Program-made: the position numbers and the translations under genes
Part shown: positions 36,911 through 45,676 of the stretch, piece by piece
Position numbering within the stretch: the first letter of the stretch is position 1
Layout of the letters: each line of letters begins with the position of its first letter
The notes under the pieces: model-generated
Seen by the model: only the letters and a program-made list of their open reading frames with translations
What the model was told of the DNA's origin: nothing
Databases searched by the model: none
Assembly: GCA_964651015.1 (NCBI GenBank)
Contig: CAZYYS010000001.1
Span: 1 to 54,724, forward strand
Source of the DNA: an uncultured Verrucomicrobiota bacterium
GTDB taxonomy: Bacteria > Verrucomicrobiota > Verrucomicrobiia > Limisphaerales > PALSA-1396
DNA: 54,724 nucleotides
Direction of reading: 5' to 3'

Positions 36911-39082
36911 TCAATACGGCAAGGGAAATCTTGCGGTCAACTCACGAACACGTTTATGCACCTTTTGCGCGGCGTCAAGGTTCTTTATGTCCAACAAGAC
37001 TTCGCAGATCATGTCGGCAATGGCCGCCATCTCCGGCTCTTTCATACCCCTGGTCGTGGCGGCGGGCGTTCCCAACCGGATGCCACTGGCTTGGAAAGGC
37101 GAACGCGTTTCAAAGGGAATTGTGTTTTTGTTCACCGTAATACCGGCGGCATCGAGTGCGATCTGGCAATCCTTTCCCGTCACCCCTCGCGCGCCAACAT
37201 CAACCAGCATCAAGTGGTTGTCCGTGCCCCCGCTGACCAGCCGGTAGTTGTTCCGGCTCATGCCTTCAGCCAGCGCCCTGGCGTTGTTAACAACTTGCTG
37301 CTGATAGGCCTTGAAACCTGGTTGCATCGCCTCACGCAAACAGACTGCCTTGGCGGCTATCACGTGCATCAACGGCCCGCCTTGAATTCCCGGAAACGCC
37401 TGTGAGTCGATTTCCTTGGCATACTTCTCCTTGCACAAAATCAGACCTCCGCGAGGCCCGCGCAACGTCTTATGGGTGGTCGTGGTCACGAAATCTGCGT
37501 GCTCGATCGGGCTGGGATGCAGGCCGGCAGCCACCAACCCGGCAATGTGCGCGATATCCGCCAGCAGCAGCGCGCCAACTTCCCGCGAAATTTCGCCCAT
37601 CCTGGCAAAGTCAATGACGCGCGGATAGGCGCTGGCGCCCACGGTGATCATCTTGGGCCGATGTTTCCGCGCCATCTCCGCAAGTTGGTCATAGTCAATT
37701 CGTTCATCGTCTTTGCGCACGCCATAGTGAATGATTTCAAAGAATTTCCCGGAGAAATTGGCTTTGTTGCCGTGCGTCAAATGCCCGCCGTGACTCAAGT
37801 CCATGGTGAGCATTTTGTCGCCCGGCTTCAAAAAGGCGAAATAGACCGCCATGTTCGCACCGCTCCCGGAATGCGGCAGGACATTGGCGTGTTCTGCGCC
37901 GAATAACGCCTTTGCCCGGTCGATGGCAAGTTGCTCTACCACATCGACATACTCACAACCACCGTACCAGCGCTTTTTCGGATAACCCTCCGCATACTTG
38001 TTGGTAAGCACCGAACCTTGCGCTTCCATCACCGCCGGGCTGGTGAAGTTTTCGCTGGCAATCAATTCAATGTTTTCCTGCTGCCGCCGGCATTCGCGCT
38101 CGATGGCATCAGCAATTTCAGGATCGACAGTTCTTAATTTTAGTTCAGGGGAAGTGTTCATGGGTTCCAGTTTTCGGACGCGCCGTTCGTGGCGACCGCC
38201 ATCAAAACGCACATTCAGAAAGACATCCACTATTTTTTTTGCAAGCTCCGGAGGCGTGGTCCTGGCTCCAAGGCAAAGGACATTGGCATTGTTATGCTGG
38301 CGCGCCGCCGCCGCCATCTGTTCATCAAACACCAGCGCCGCGCGGATGCCGGGCACCTTGTTGGCGGCGATACTCATTCCGACGCCGGTCGTGCATATCA
38401 ACAACCCCATTTCTGCCTCACGAGCCGCTACGGCCCGCGCAACCGCCTGAGCGTAGTCAGGATAATCGGTGGAGACGGGGGAATTAGTACCCAGGTCGTT
38501 CACGGCCAAACCGCTTGCTGCCAGGTGCTGCTTGAGTGCTTCTTTCAACTCGTAACCACCGTGGTCAGCCCCGAGGACGATGGCGATTTTCTTATTGCCG
38601 GAAGGTTCAACCGGCACGGGACCCGGGCTTTGATCCAGGAATCTCAGCAAGGAAGCAATGCCTTGTTCAATCTGATCGCGGCAATTCACATAAACTCTGT
38701 AGGAACCGCCGATAGGATCGCTGATGTCTTTTTCAAAATCGTTCAGCGTTTCATCAAACTCGCGTAGCAGAAAAGTCTTTTCTGCGGCGGGCGGATACAA
38801 CAGACAGATGGTTTCGACGTGACTGTGAGTCATGCCGAAAATGTAATCCGCCTGCTGCACCAGTTCTGGCGTAAGCATCCGGCTTTGCTGCCGGGAGATA
38901 TCGATGCCCAATTCTTCCACCGCCTCCACCGCATACCGGCTCGGCGGTTGGCCGTTCATCGCACCCAACCCAGCCGACAGCACTCTGAAGTTGCCCCTCG
39001 ACTTGACCGCGTGGCGAAAAATGCCCTCGGCCATGGGACTGCGACAAACATTCCCCGTGCAAACGAAAAGTACGGTCTTCAT
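36911..39082 (-). CDS. glyA: Tri-domain fusion: LMW protein phosphatase + ribose-5-phosphate isomerase B + serine hydroxymethyltransferase
   Basis: Residues 1-150 carry CTGNVCRS (CX5R P-loop) and the DP motif. Residues 164-305 are RpiB ([34 protein letters not shown]). Residues 308-723 are SHMT (ELIASENF, and the PLP lysine in [14 protein letters not shown]). It is one uninterrupted frame. Confidence 0.9.
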   Translation of the reverse strand: MKTVLFVCTGNVCRSPMAEGIFRHAVKSRGNFRVLSAGLGAMNGQPPSRYAVEAVEELGIDISRQQSRMLTPELVQQADYIFGMTHSHVETICLLYPPAAEKTFLLREFDETLNDFEKDISDPIGGSYRVYVNCRDQIEQGIASLLRFLDQSPGPVPVEPSGNKKIAIVLGADHGGYELKEALKQHLAASGLAVNDLGTNSPVSTDYPDYAQAVARAVAAREAEMGLLICTTGVGMSIAANKVPGIRAALVFDEQMAAAARQHNNANVLCLGARTTPPELAKKIVDVFLNVRFDGGRHERRVRKLEPMNTSPELKLRTVDPEIADAIERECRRQQENIELIASENFTSPAVMEAQGSVLTNKYAEGYPKKRWYGGCEYVDVVEQLAIDRAKALFGAEHANVLPHSGSGANMAVYFAFLKPGDKMLTMDLSHGGHLTHGNKANFSGKFFEIIHYGVRKDDERIDYDQLAEMARKHRPKMITVGASAYPRVIDFARMGEISREVGALLLADIAHIAGLVAAGLHPSPIEHADFVTTTTHKTLRGPRGGLILCKEKYAKEIDSQAFPGIQGGPLMHVIAAKAVCLREAMQPGFKAYQQQVVNNARALAEGMSRNNYRLVSGGTDNHLMLVDVGARGVTGKDCQIALDAAGITVNKNTIPFETRSPFQASGIRLGTPAATTRGMKEPEMAAIADMICEVLLDIKNLDAAQKVHKRVRELTARFPLPY

Positions 39083-39138
39083 TACTGCGTCAGGTTAGTC
39101 AAGTTGGGGCGCGTGAAGAAAATCGTCAACGGCGAAAA

Positions 39139-40221
39139 TCAGCGCGAACGAAATTCGCGGACAATTACCAGTCCTTTCAACAAATCCAGCGCCCGCGCCA
39201 AGGCCGGATCGCGAACCATTGGCTTCTCCGGTTCTACCCTTCTCGCGGTCAGCAAGGCGGTCTCCGGATCCCGGTTAAGTTCCTCCCTTCTTTCACGAAC
39301 CAAATCGGCCTCCGTGAGCCGACGGCGTCCAGGCCGGGTTGGTTCGCCTGCCGCGCTATTCGTCGAAGAAGTAGCACTGGCCAGCAAGTTGGTGGGCTTG
39401 GACAACACCTTGTAGGCATCCCCAAAATAGACCTTCTCATCCGCCGCGCTCACCGCCACTTGAATATCAGGTTTGACTCCTTCCACGGACAATTCTGTTC
39501 CATTTCCCAACTTGATTTCCGAAGTCGCTATTCGCAACCGTTGCCCGTTCTGTAACGGATATTCCCGCCCCAAAGTTGCCCGACCTGCGGTATTATTCCC
39601 GATCACCAGGCCCACGCCCGTCGCGCGCAGCAGAGCAGCCAGCGCCTCCGCGGCCACGCTGGTTTGTTGATTGACCAAGACTGCCAGCGGCGACTTGATC
39701 GCATCGGTCTTGGTCTTCGATTCAACCATGCCGTTCCCCCAATCAAGCAGAGGTTGCGAGCCCGCCAAAAACAAGTCGGCGGCCGCTGCGGCTGCCGAAT
39801 AACTATCACCCCCCGCAAACCGCAAATCCAAAATCAATCCCTTCAATCTATTTGTAACACTAAGTGCATCGTAGGCCGTTGAGATTTCCTTCGCCAGCCC
39901 CTCACCCACCCGCTCCACACGCAAGTAAGCAAACCCGCCATCAAAGACTCGCGATTGACTCAATAGCCCCTCTGAGCTTTCCGTTTTTGTCGCCAATTCA
40001 TTGGTCACCAACACGACACGGGGATATAACTTCGCCAGCAAGCCCTGCACCGCCGCTTGATCAAGCTCTGCAGTGCTGACACCTTCAAGATGAGCACGAA
40101 TCAAATCATAGACTTCTTTGAAATCCGGCGCTTCGTTGGTTGTCGCCGCTGCGCGTGCAGCCGACACGCAAAGCGCAAACGCCAGCATTACCGCAATCAA
40201 ACGAAAACTCAGTCGTGTCAT
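39139..40221 (-). CDS. Secreted S41 (C-terminal processing peptidase)-like protein, possibly non-catalytic
   Basis: A signal peptide follows ATG 40221. S41-like blocks are present (GLILDLRFAGGDS, LAVLVNQQTSVAAEALAALL, GNNTAGRA). Confidence 0.6.
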   Translation of the reverse strand: MTRLSFRLIAVMLAFALCVSAARAAATTNEAPDFKEVYDLIRAHLEGVSTAELDQAAVQGLLAKLYPRVVLVTNELATKTESSEGLLSQSRVFDGGFAYLRVERVGEGLAKEISTAYDALSVTNRLKGLILDLRFAGGDSYSAAAAAADLFLAGSQPLLDWGNGMVESKTKTDAIKSPLAVLVNQQTSVAAEALAALLRATGVGLVIGNNTAGRATLGREYPLQNGQRLRIATSEIKLGNGTELSVEGVKPDIQVAVSAADEKVYFGDAYKVLSKPTNLLASATSSTNSAAGEPTRPGRRRLTEADLVRERREELNRDPETALLTARRVEPEKPMVRDPALARALDLLKGLVIVREFRSR

Positions 40222-40336
40222 GTCGGCGCTAAAATGCGCGAGAACGGCAGGAATGTAAAGGAGCGACCGTCTCTTCCCAGTTTGCGCACCAATCTGTCTT
40301 CCATCGCAATCGTGGTTCACTTAGATTCCATTCACA

Positions 40337-41077
40337 ATGCGTGTTGAAATCTGTGTGGATTCGATGGAAAGCGCGCGGGCCGCCCAGCGCGGCGGAGCGG
40401 ACCGCGTGGAACTTTGCGATAACCTATTAGAAGGTGGCACCACCCCCAGCGCCGGATGCATCAAGTTGGCACGACGTTGCCTCAAGATCGGCCTACAAGT
40501 CATCATTCGACCCCGCGGAAGCGATTTTCTCTACAACGATGACGAGATGGAAGTCATGCGCGAAGATATTCGTATCGCCAAGGACCTCGGCGCAGATGGT
40601 GTTGTTACCGGATGTTTGACGGAAGAGGGCAACATCGACCGCCAGCGCACCAGCGAACTAATCAAACTGGCGCGGCCTCTCAACGTCACGTTCCATCGCG
40701 CGTTTGACATGTGCCGCGATCCCCGGCAAGGATTGGAGGATTTGATCGCCTTGGGCGTGGATCGCGTGCTGACGTCAGGTCAGGAAGCGTCGTGTTTGGA
40801 GGGACTCGGCCTCATCGCAGCGTTACAGAAACAAGCCGCGGGTCGCATTATCGTCATGCCCGGCGGCGGCATTACGCCCCAGAACGTGCGCCAAATCGTG
40901 GACGGCACAGGTGTCACCGAAGTTCACCTAAGCGCGCGCACACCTGTGGAAAGCAAGATGCGTTATCGCAATCCGCGCTGTTTCATGGGCAACGCCACGC
41001 GGGATGCCGAATTCACGCGAAAGGTCACTGACGAAACCATCGTGCGACGGATCGTGGAAAGCCTGCGCGAGAAATAG
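40337..41077 (+). CDS. cutC: Copper homeostasis protein CutC family
   Basis: The N-terminus is MRVEICVDSMESARAAQRGGADRVELC. HRAFD and a TIM-barrel-like pattern typical of CutC are present. Confidence 0.88.
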   Translation: MRVEICVDSMESARAAQRGGADRVELCDNLLEGGTTPSAGCIKLARRCLKIGLQVIIRPRGSDFLYNDDEMEVMREDIRIAKDLGADGVVTGCLTEEGNIDRQRTSELIKLARPLNVTFHRAFDMCRDPRQGLEDLIALGVDRVLTSGQEASCLEGLGLIAALQKQAAGRIIVMPGGGITPQNVRQIVDGTGVTEVHLSARTPVESKMRYRNPRCFMGNATRDAEFTRKVTDETIVRRIVESLREK

Positions 41078-41134
41078 CACAGCACCCGGGCACAGGGTTA
41101 AATTCTTTGTCGGATTCCTTGACCCGGCGGCGAT

Positions 41135-43399
41135 ATGCTTCTGACAATGAGCACGACTTCGACTGACAACGACCTGCAGTTGCTCGCCCGTTACTCACGC
41201 AGCCGCGCCGAGGACGCTTTTGCCGAAATCGTTCGGCGCTATCTGAGTCTCGTCTATTCCGCCGCACTCCGGCAGGTTCGCTCTCCTCAACTCGCTGAGG
41301 AAGTCGCCCAATCCGTTTTCACGGACCTCGCCGGAAACGCTGCCCGGCTCAAGCCCAATACTATCCTCACCGCCTGGCTTTACCAAGTGACCCACCGGAC
41401 TGCCGTCGATGTCGTCCGCCGCGAAGCTCGCCGTCAGTTGCGCGAACAAATCGCCACCGAAATGAACACCATGAATGCCACCGCTGCGGACTGGACGCAC
41501 ATCGAACCGCTTCTCGACGAGGCCATGCACGCCCTCGATGAAACCGACCGCACCGCCGTCCTGCTCCGTTACTTCGAGAATAAGAGTCTCCGTGAAGTTG
41601 GGGCAACGCTCGGCACATCCGATGACGCTGCACAAAAGCGCGTCAGCCGCGCTGTCGAGCGCCTCCGGGAATTCTTCGCCAAAAGCGGCGTCACCGTCGG
41701 CGCGAGCGGACTCGTCGTCCTCATCTCCGCCAACGCCGTGCAAGCGACCGCAGCGGGTCTGGTCGTCACCATTTCTGCCGCGGCACTGGCTGGAACTGCC
41801 GTCACCAATTCAACCGTCGTCGCCACCACAACCAAAACCATTGTCATGACCATGTCTCAAAAACTCCTCACTACCACCGCAATCCTCGCGCTTCTCGCGA
41901 CGGCTTTGATCACCTTCAACCGCGGACGCGACAAGCAGCCGCCGCAGGCCGCCGATTCCGCTGTCACGCCCGCAATCAGCGGAGAAAGGCAAACAGCGAT
42001 TCCCAAAAAACGTTTCTTCCAGCGTGCTCTTGGAACGGCTTCGGCCGATTCGCCAGAGCGGCTGACGACGGCACTTCAAGAATTGCACTCGGCGTTATAC
42101 CGGCCCGCCCCGGCGCGCGGTGTCCGCATGTATCCGCCGGAAGAGGTGATCGCCGCGCTGCGCGGGCTGGGCGCGGATCGCAAGGAAGCGTTCGCGATGC
42201 TACGGGAGGCTTTGAGCGATCCCGATCTCGAGGTTCGCCAGCGAGCGGTTGCGGCCCTCGGTTTCATCGGCATGCCGGCCCGGCCAGAAGACGGCATTAC
42301 AGGCGAGCCGTCCACGGAGGCGGGCCCGCTGTTGTGGCAGGTTCTGCGCGAGCAACCGGAACTTGCGAGCACAGCCCTCAGCGCGCTCGGCAACCTCGGG
42401 TTCAGCGCCGAGGAAATTCCCGCGCTCACGGATCTGCTGGGCGAAACGACCGACCAGATTCTCAGGCGTTATCTGCCCGTGGCCATCGCCGACACGTTGC
42501 GGAAGCATCCCGAAGCTGCCGGGCCGTTTCTCTCCAAGGTAACGAAGTTGCTCGACGGCCCCGATGGGGATTTGGGCTTCGCCGCAGCGTGCGCACTGGC
42601 GCCGCGATTCGCAACAGAGAATCCTGATCTCGTGGACCGGCTCGTCGCCGGACTGAAGAACCCTTCGCAGGAGTTGATGGCCGTGGAAACATTGCGGGCA
42701 TTGGGAACAGCGGCAACGCCGGCCCTCTCCGACCTCGTCGCGTTTGCCAATTCAACCACGAACGACGTCCTGCGACAGATCGCCTTGAAAACCATCGGCA
42801 AACTCAACGCTGAATTTCGCAATGTTTCGCCGGAAGTGGATCAGGCGTTGCGCGGCGAAGAGCGCACGACCCACTGGAATCAAAAGTTCGCGAGCGGCAA
42901 CTTGAACTACGATGAACTGCTCGCCGCGCTGAGGGAGCCGAACTTTGCGGCTTTGTCGGCGAAGCGTCTCGGCGAAATGGGAGCTGCCGCCCGGGAATCC
43001 GTGCCAAGCCTGCTTGCTGCGCTGGCGGGGCAGGACCAGAAAAACCGCGACCAGATCGTGGAAGCGATTCGTCGGATTGACCCGGACACGACGTTCGCCA
43101 AAGTGGAGGGAAAAAGCGTCTGGTCGGCGGCGATGATGGCGACGCTCACGCTCGAATCCCGCCCGGAAAACCAGCGCCCGCCCGCTGTCACCAGGTTGCT
43201 CGACCAACTCTCGATGGCGAAGTCCGACTGGTACACGCAGCAGGAGATACTGGCAGTGGGAACGCAGCTCGCCGCTCAGGACCAGGGCGTTTACCGTTCC
43301 TTCGCGGAAAAACTTGCCGAAGCCGATCCGGCGCTCGCCAAACTGTTTGCCCCCGATGGCACACGTGCACCAGTTGCCGGCCCGTCCACTTCGCCGTGA
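41135..43399 (+). CDS. ECF sigma factor fused via hydrophobic/TM segments to a C-terminal HEAT-repeat domain (754 aa)
   Basis: Sigma region 2 is present (YLSLVYSAALRQV...EEVAQSVF, WLYQVTHRTAVD). Region 4 is present (DRTAVLLRYFENKSLREVGATLGTSDDAAQKRVSRAVERLR). The linker SANAVQATAAGLVVTISAAALAGT and a TM segment follow. The C-terminal part is HEAT-like repeats (DPDLEVRQRAVAALG). Confidence 0.85.
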   Translation: MLLTMSTTSTDNDLQLLARYSRSRAEDAFAEIVRRYLSLVYSAALRQVRSPQLAEEVAQSVFTDLAGNAARLKPNTILTAWLYQVTHRTAVDVVRREARRQLREQIATEMNTMNATAADWTHIEPLLDEAMHALDETDRTAVLLRYFENKSLREVGATLGTSDDAAQKRVSRAVERLREFFAKSGVTVGASGLVVLISANAVQATAAGLVVTISAAALAGTAVTNSTVVATTTKTIVMTMSQKLLTTTAILALLATALITFNRGRDKQPPQAADSAVTPAISGERQTAIPKKRFFQRALGTASADSPERLTTALQELHSALYRPAPARGVRMYPPEEVIAALRGLGADRKEAFAMLREALSDPDLEVRQRAVAALGFIGMPARPEDGITGEPSTEAGPLLWQVLREQPELASTALSALGNLGFSAEEIPALTDLLGETTDQILRRYLPVAIADTLRKHPEAAGPFLSKVTKLLDGPDGDLGFAAACALAPRFATENPDLVDRLVAGLKNPSQELMAVETLRALGTAATPALSDLVAFANSTTNDVLRQIALKTIGKLNAEFRNVSPEVDQALRGEERTTHWNQKFASGNLNYDELLAALREPNFAALSAKRLGEMGAAARESVPSLLAALAGQDQKNRDQIVEAIRRIDPDTTFAKVEGKSVWSAAMMATLTLESRPENQRPPAVTRLLDQLSMAKSDWYTQQEILAVGTQLAAQDQGVYRSFAEKLAEADPALAKLFAPDGTRAPVAGPSTSP

Positions 43400-43494
43400 C
43401 GTTCGGGCTGCTGCCCGCGGATCACGGCGATTTCCCCGCGCGCTGGCATTCTTCAAGGCGCTGAACGAACTCTTTCGGAATACGACGCTCACGC

Positions 43495-43669
43495 GCGGTC
43501 TATTTCGTCACATTTCGGCTTGCTGCCGAACCACGTTCATACCTTCGTTTGGCCGATGGCTGGTCACACGGTGGCTTATGTGGAGAACAACCCGATAAAA
43601 GCCGGGTTCTGTAAACGCCCGAAAGACTGGAAGCGGAACGTCGCGAGCGAACGACAACAACCGTCGTAG
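43495..43669 (+). pseudogene. Decayed RAYT / IS200-like (HUH, Y1) transposase remnant
   Basis: One frame reads AVYFVTFRL. After a frame change the next reads LLPNHVH (HUH motif), joined directly to AYVENNPIKAGFCKRPKDW (the family C-terminal block) and a stop at 43667. The internal regions are missing. Confidence 0.5.
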
Positions 43670-43837
43670 CAGCGGGCGTCCTCGCCTGCCGTAGAGCCAG
43701 GGCGTCCCGCCCGGCGGAAAATAACCTCACGCAAGCTCAACAGACTCCATTCTTTCGCAAGCCGCATAAAACTCACACGACAAATCCGGGGGCGAGACGC
43801 CCACCCCCTCTGCGGCAGGCAAGATGCCCGACGCTAC
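43666..43837. repeat. REP-like GC-rich unit (~52 nt) in an inverted pair around a ~68-nt spacer
   Basis: The unit at 43666-43717 (gtagcagcgggcgtcctcgcctgccgtagagccagggcgtcccgccc...) matches the reverse complement of 43786-43837 (...gggcgagacgcccaccccctctgcggcaggcaagatgcccgacgctac). Identity is roughly 80 percent by eye. Confidence 0.55.
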
Positions 43838-43918
43838 ATTCGCCACTTGATTAGTCCGGGAAAGACCATTTTTTTTGTTCGGTTTACCTCTTCAGCGGGT
43901 CTTTATTGATGATTGAAC

Positions 43919-45577
43919 ATGACGGACAGCCAGCACTTGCTCGCCGAATATGCCCGAAGCGGATCAGACGCGACTTTTCGGGAATTGGTCACGCGCTACA
44001 TTGATTTGGTCCATTCCACAGCGGTCCGATTAGTCGCGGGCGACGCACATCTCGCTGAAGACATCGCCCAGACCGTATTCTCCGATCTGGCTCGCTTGGC
44101 ACAAACGCTTCCTGCGGATGTCATGCTCGGCGGCTGGCTGCATCGGCACACTTGTTTTGTGGCCGCGAAAACGATGCGGAGCGAACGCCGTCGGCAATCG
44201 CGTGAAAGGCAGGCTGTGGAAATGAATGCGTTGCAAAATGACTCCGGCGCGGATTTTTCCCGCGTGGCGCCGATGCTCGACGAAGCCATCAATGAACTCG
44301 GCGATGCGGATCGCACGGCCATCCTGCTCCGTTTCTTCGAGCAACGCGACTTTCGATCGGTAGGTCTGATTCTCGGCAGCAACGAAGATGCAGCCCGGAT
44401 GCGGGTAAGCCGGGCTTTGGAGAAATTGGAATCCTCGCTGAAACGACGTGGACTCACGACCAGTTCCGCCGCCCTTTCCGTTGTGCTCGCCGCCAATGCC
44501 GTCCAAGCCGCACCTGTCGGACTCGCCGTCACGATTTCAACCGCCGCCACTCTTGCCGGAACAACCATCGCCACCACTGCAACCGCAACCACCATCAAAA
44601 CCATTGCCATGACCTCACTCCAAAAGACTCTCATCGGCGCCACAATCGTCGCTGCCCTCGGGACAGGGATATATGAAGCAAGGCTGGCCTCGATCTACCG
44701 ACAAGAAGGCCATTACATCAGGGAGCAACAGATGTCGCTTATGCACCAATTACACCAAGCCACGCGTGAGCGAGACGACGCAACTAACAAACTGTCGCTC
44801 TCTCAATCAGAAATCGGGATGCTGCGCCAGAATTCGGCTGAACTTCCCCGATTGCGCGGAGAAGTTGCACGGATGAAATCCACTCACGCAGCCGCAGCCA
44901 ACGATCCCACACTTGAAGCCGCCGATAAATCCTGGACGGCCCGCGCGAGCAAGCTCAAGCAACGTTTGGAACAAATGCCGGACAAGAACATTCCCGAACT
45001 CCAGTTTCTCACCGACAAGGATTGGTTTGACGCCGTTAAGAACGCCAAACAACTCGAAACAGATGCCGATTTTCGTCAGGCCTTAAACAATCTGCGCAAT
45101 AGCGCGAAAAATACTTTTGGCGACATGACGAGAGAGGCCTTGAAAAAATATGCCGAAGCGAATAGTGGCCTGTTGCCCGGAGACTGGTCGCAACTGAAAC
45201 GTTTTTTCGAAACACCGGTGGACGATGCCATACTCGAACGCTATTCACTTATCCAAACTGGAAAGTTAGCTGATGTGCCGCGGACAGAATTCCTGTTCGT
45301 GGAGAAAGCTCCCCCCGTGGACGATGAATATGACTCGTTCCACGAATTTAGAATGGACGGCACCAGATCCAGCAGCGTCAACGGGCCCGGAGACATTGTC
45401 TGGCAAGGCCTCATTCAATTCTCCAAAGCCCATGACGGGCTACTGCCTGCCGATGCATCTCAATTGGCGCGCTATCTCAAGCGGCCGCTTGATCAAGCCA
45501 AGGTGCGAGACATCCTGAGGTCGATTCCACCTGGTATCACCACGATGGAGCAACTTAAAGCCGCCGGGCCGAAATGA
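43919..45577 (+). CDS. ECF sigma factor fused via hydrophobic/TM segments to a coiled-coil plus globular C-terminal domain (about 552 aa)
   Basis: Regions 2 and 4 are present (DRTAILLRFFEQRDFRSVGLILGSNEDAARMRVSRALEKL). The linker AALSVVLAANAVQAAPVGLAVTISTAATLAGT and a TM segment follow. A coiled coil carries ELPRLRGEVARMK. ATG 43919 is preferred over TTG 43913. Confidence 0.85.
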   Translation: MTDSQHLLAEYARSGSDATFRELVTRYIDLVHSTAVRLVAGDAHLAEDIAQTVFSDLARLAQTLPADVMLGGWLHRHTCFVAAKTMRSERRRQSRERQAVEMNALQNDSGADFSRVAPMLDEAINELGDADRTAILLRFFEQRDFRSVGLILGSNEDAARMRVSRALEKLESSLKRRGLTTSSAALSVVLAANAVQAAPVGLAVTISTAATLAGTTIATTATATTIKTIAMTSLQKTLIGATIVAALGTGIYEARLASIYRQEGHYIREQQMSLMHQLHQATRERDDATNKLSLSQSEIGMLRQNSAELPRLRGEVARMKSTHAAAANDPTLEAADKSWTARASKLKQRLEQMPDKNIPELQFLTDKDWFDAVKNAKQLETDADFRQALNNLRNSAKNTFGDMTREALKKYAEANSGLLPGDWSQLKRFFETPVDDAILERYSLIQTGKLADVPRTEFLFVEKAPPVDDEYDSFHEFRMDGTRSSSVNGPGDIVWQGLIQFSKAHDGLLPADASQLARYLKRPLDQAKVRDILRSIPPGITTMEQLKAAGPK

Positions 45578-45676
45578 TTTTTCTTTGAAGTGTTAGCTCG
45601 CCACCTTCGCCCTAGGTTGCGGTGAAACTGCACCGCCAAAAATACTTTGTCGGATTTTTCCGGGCGCGGTTATTAA

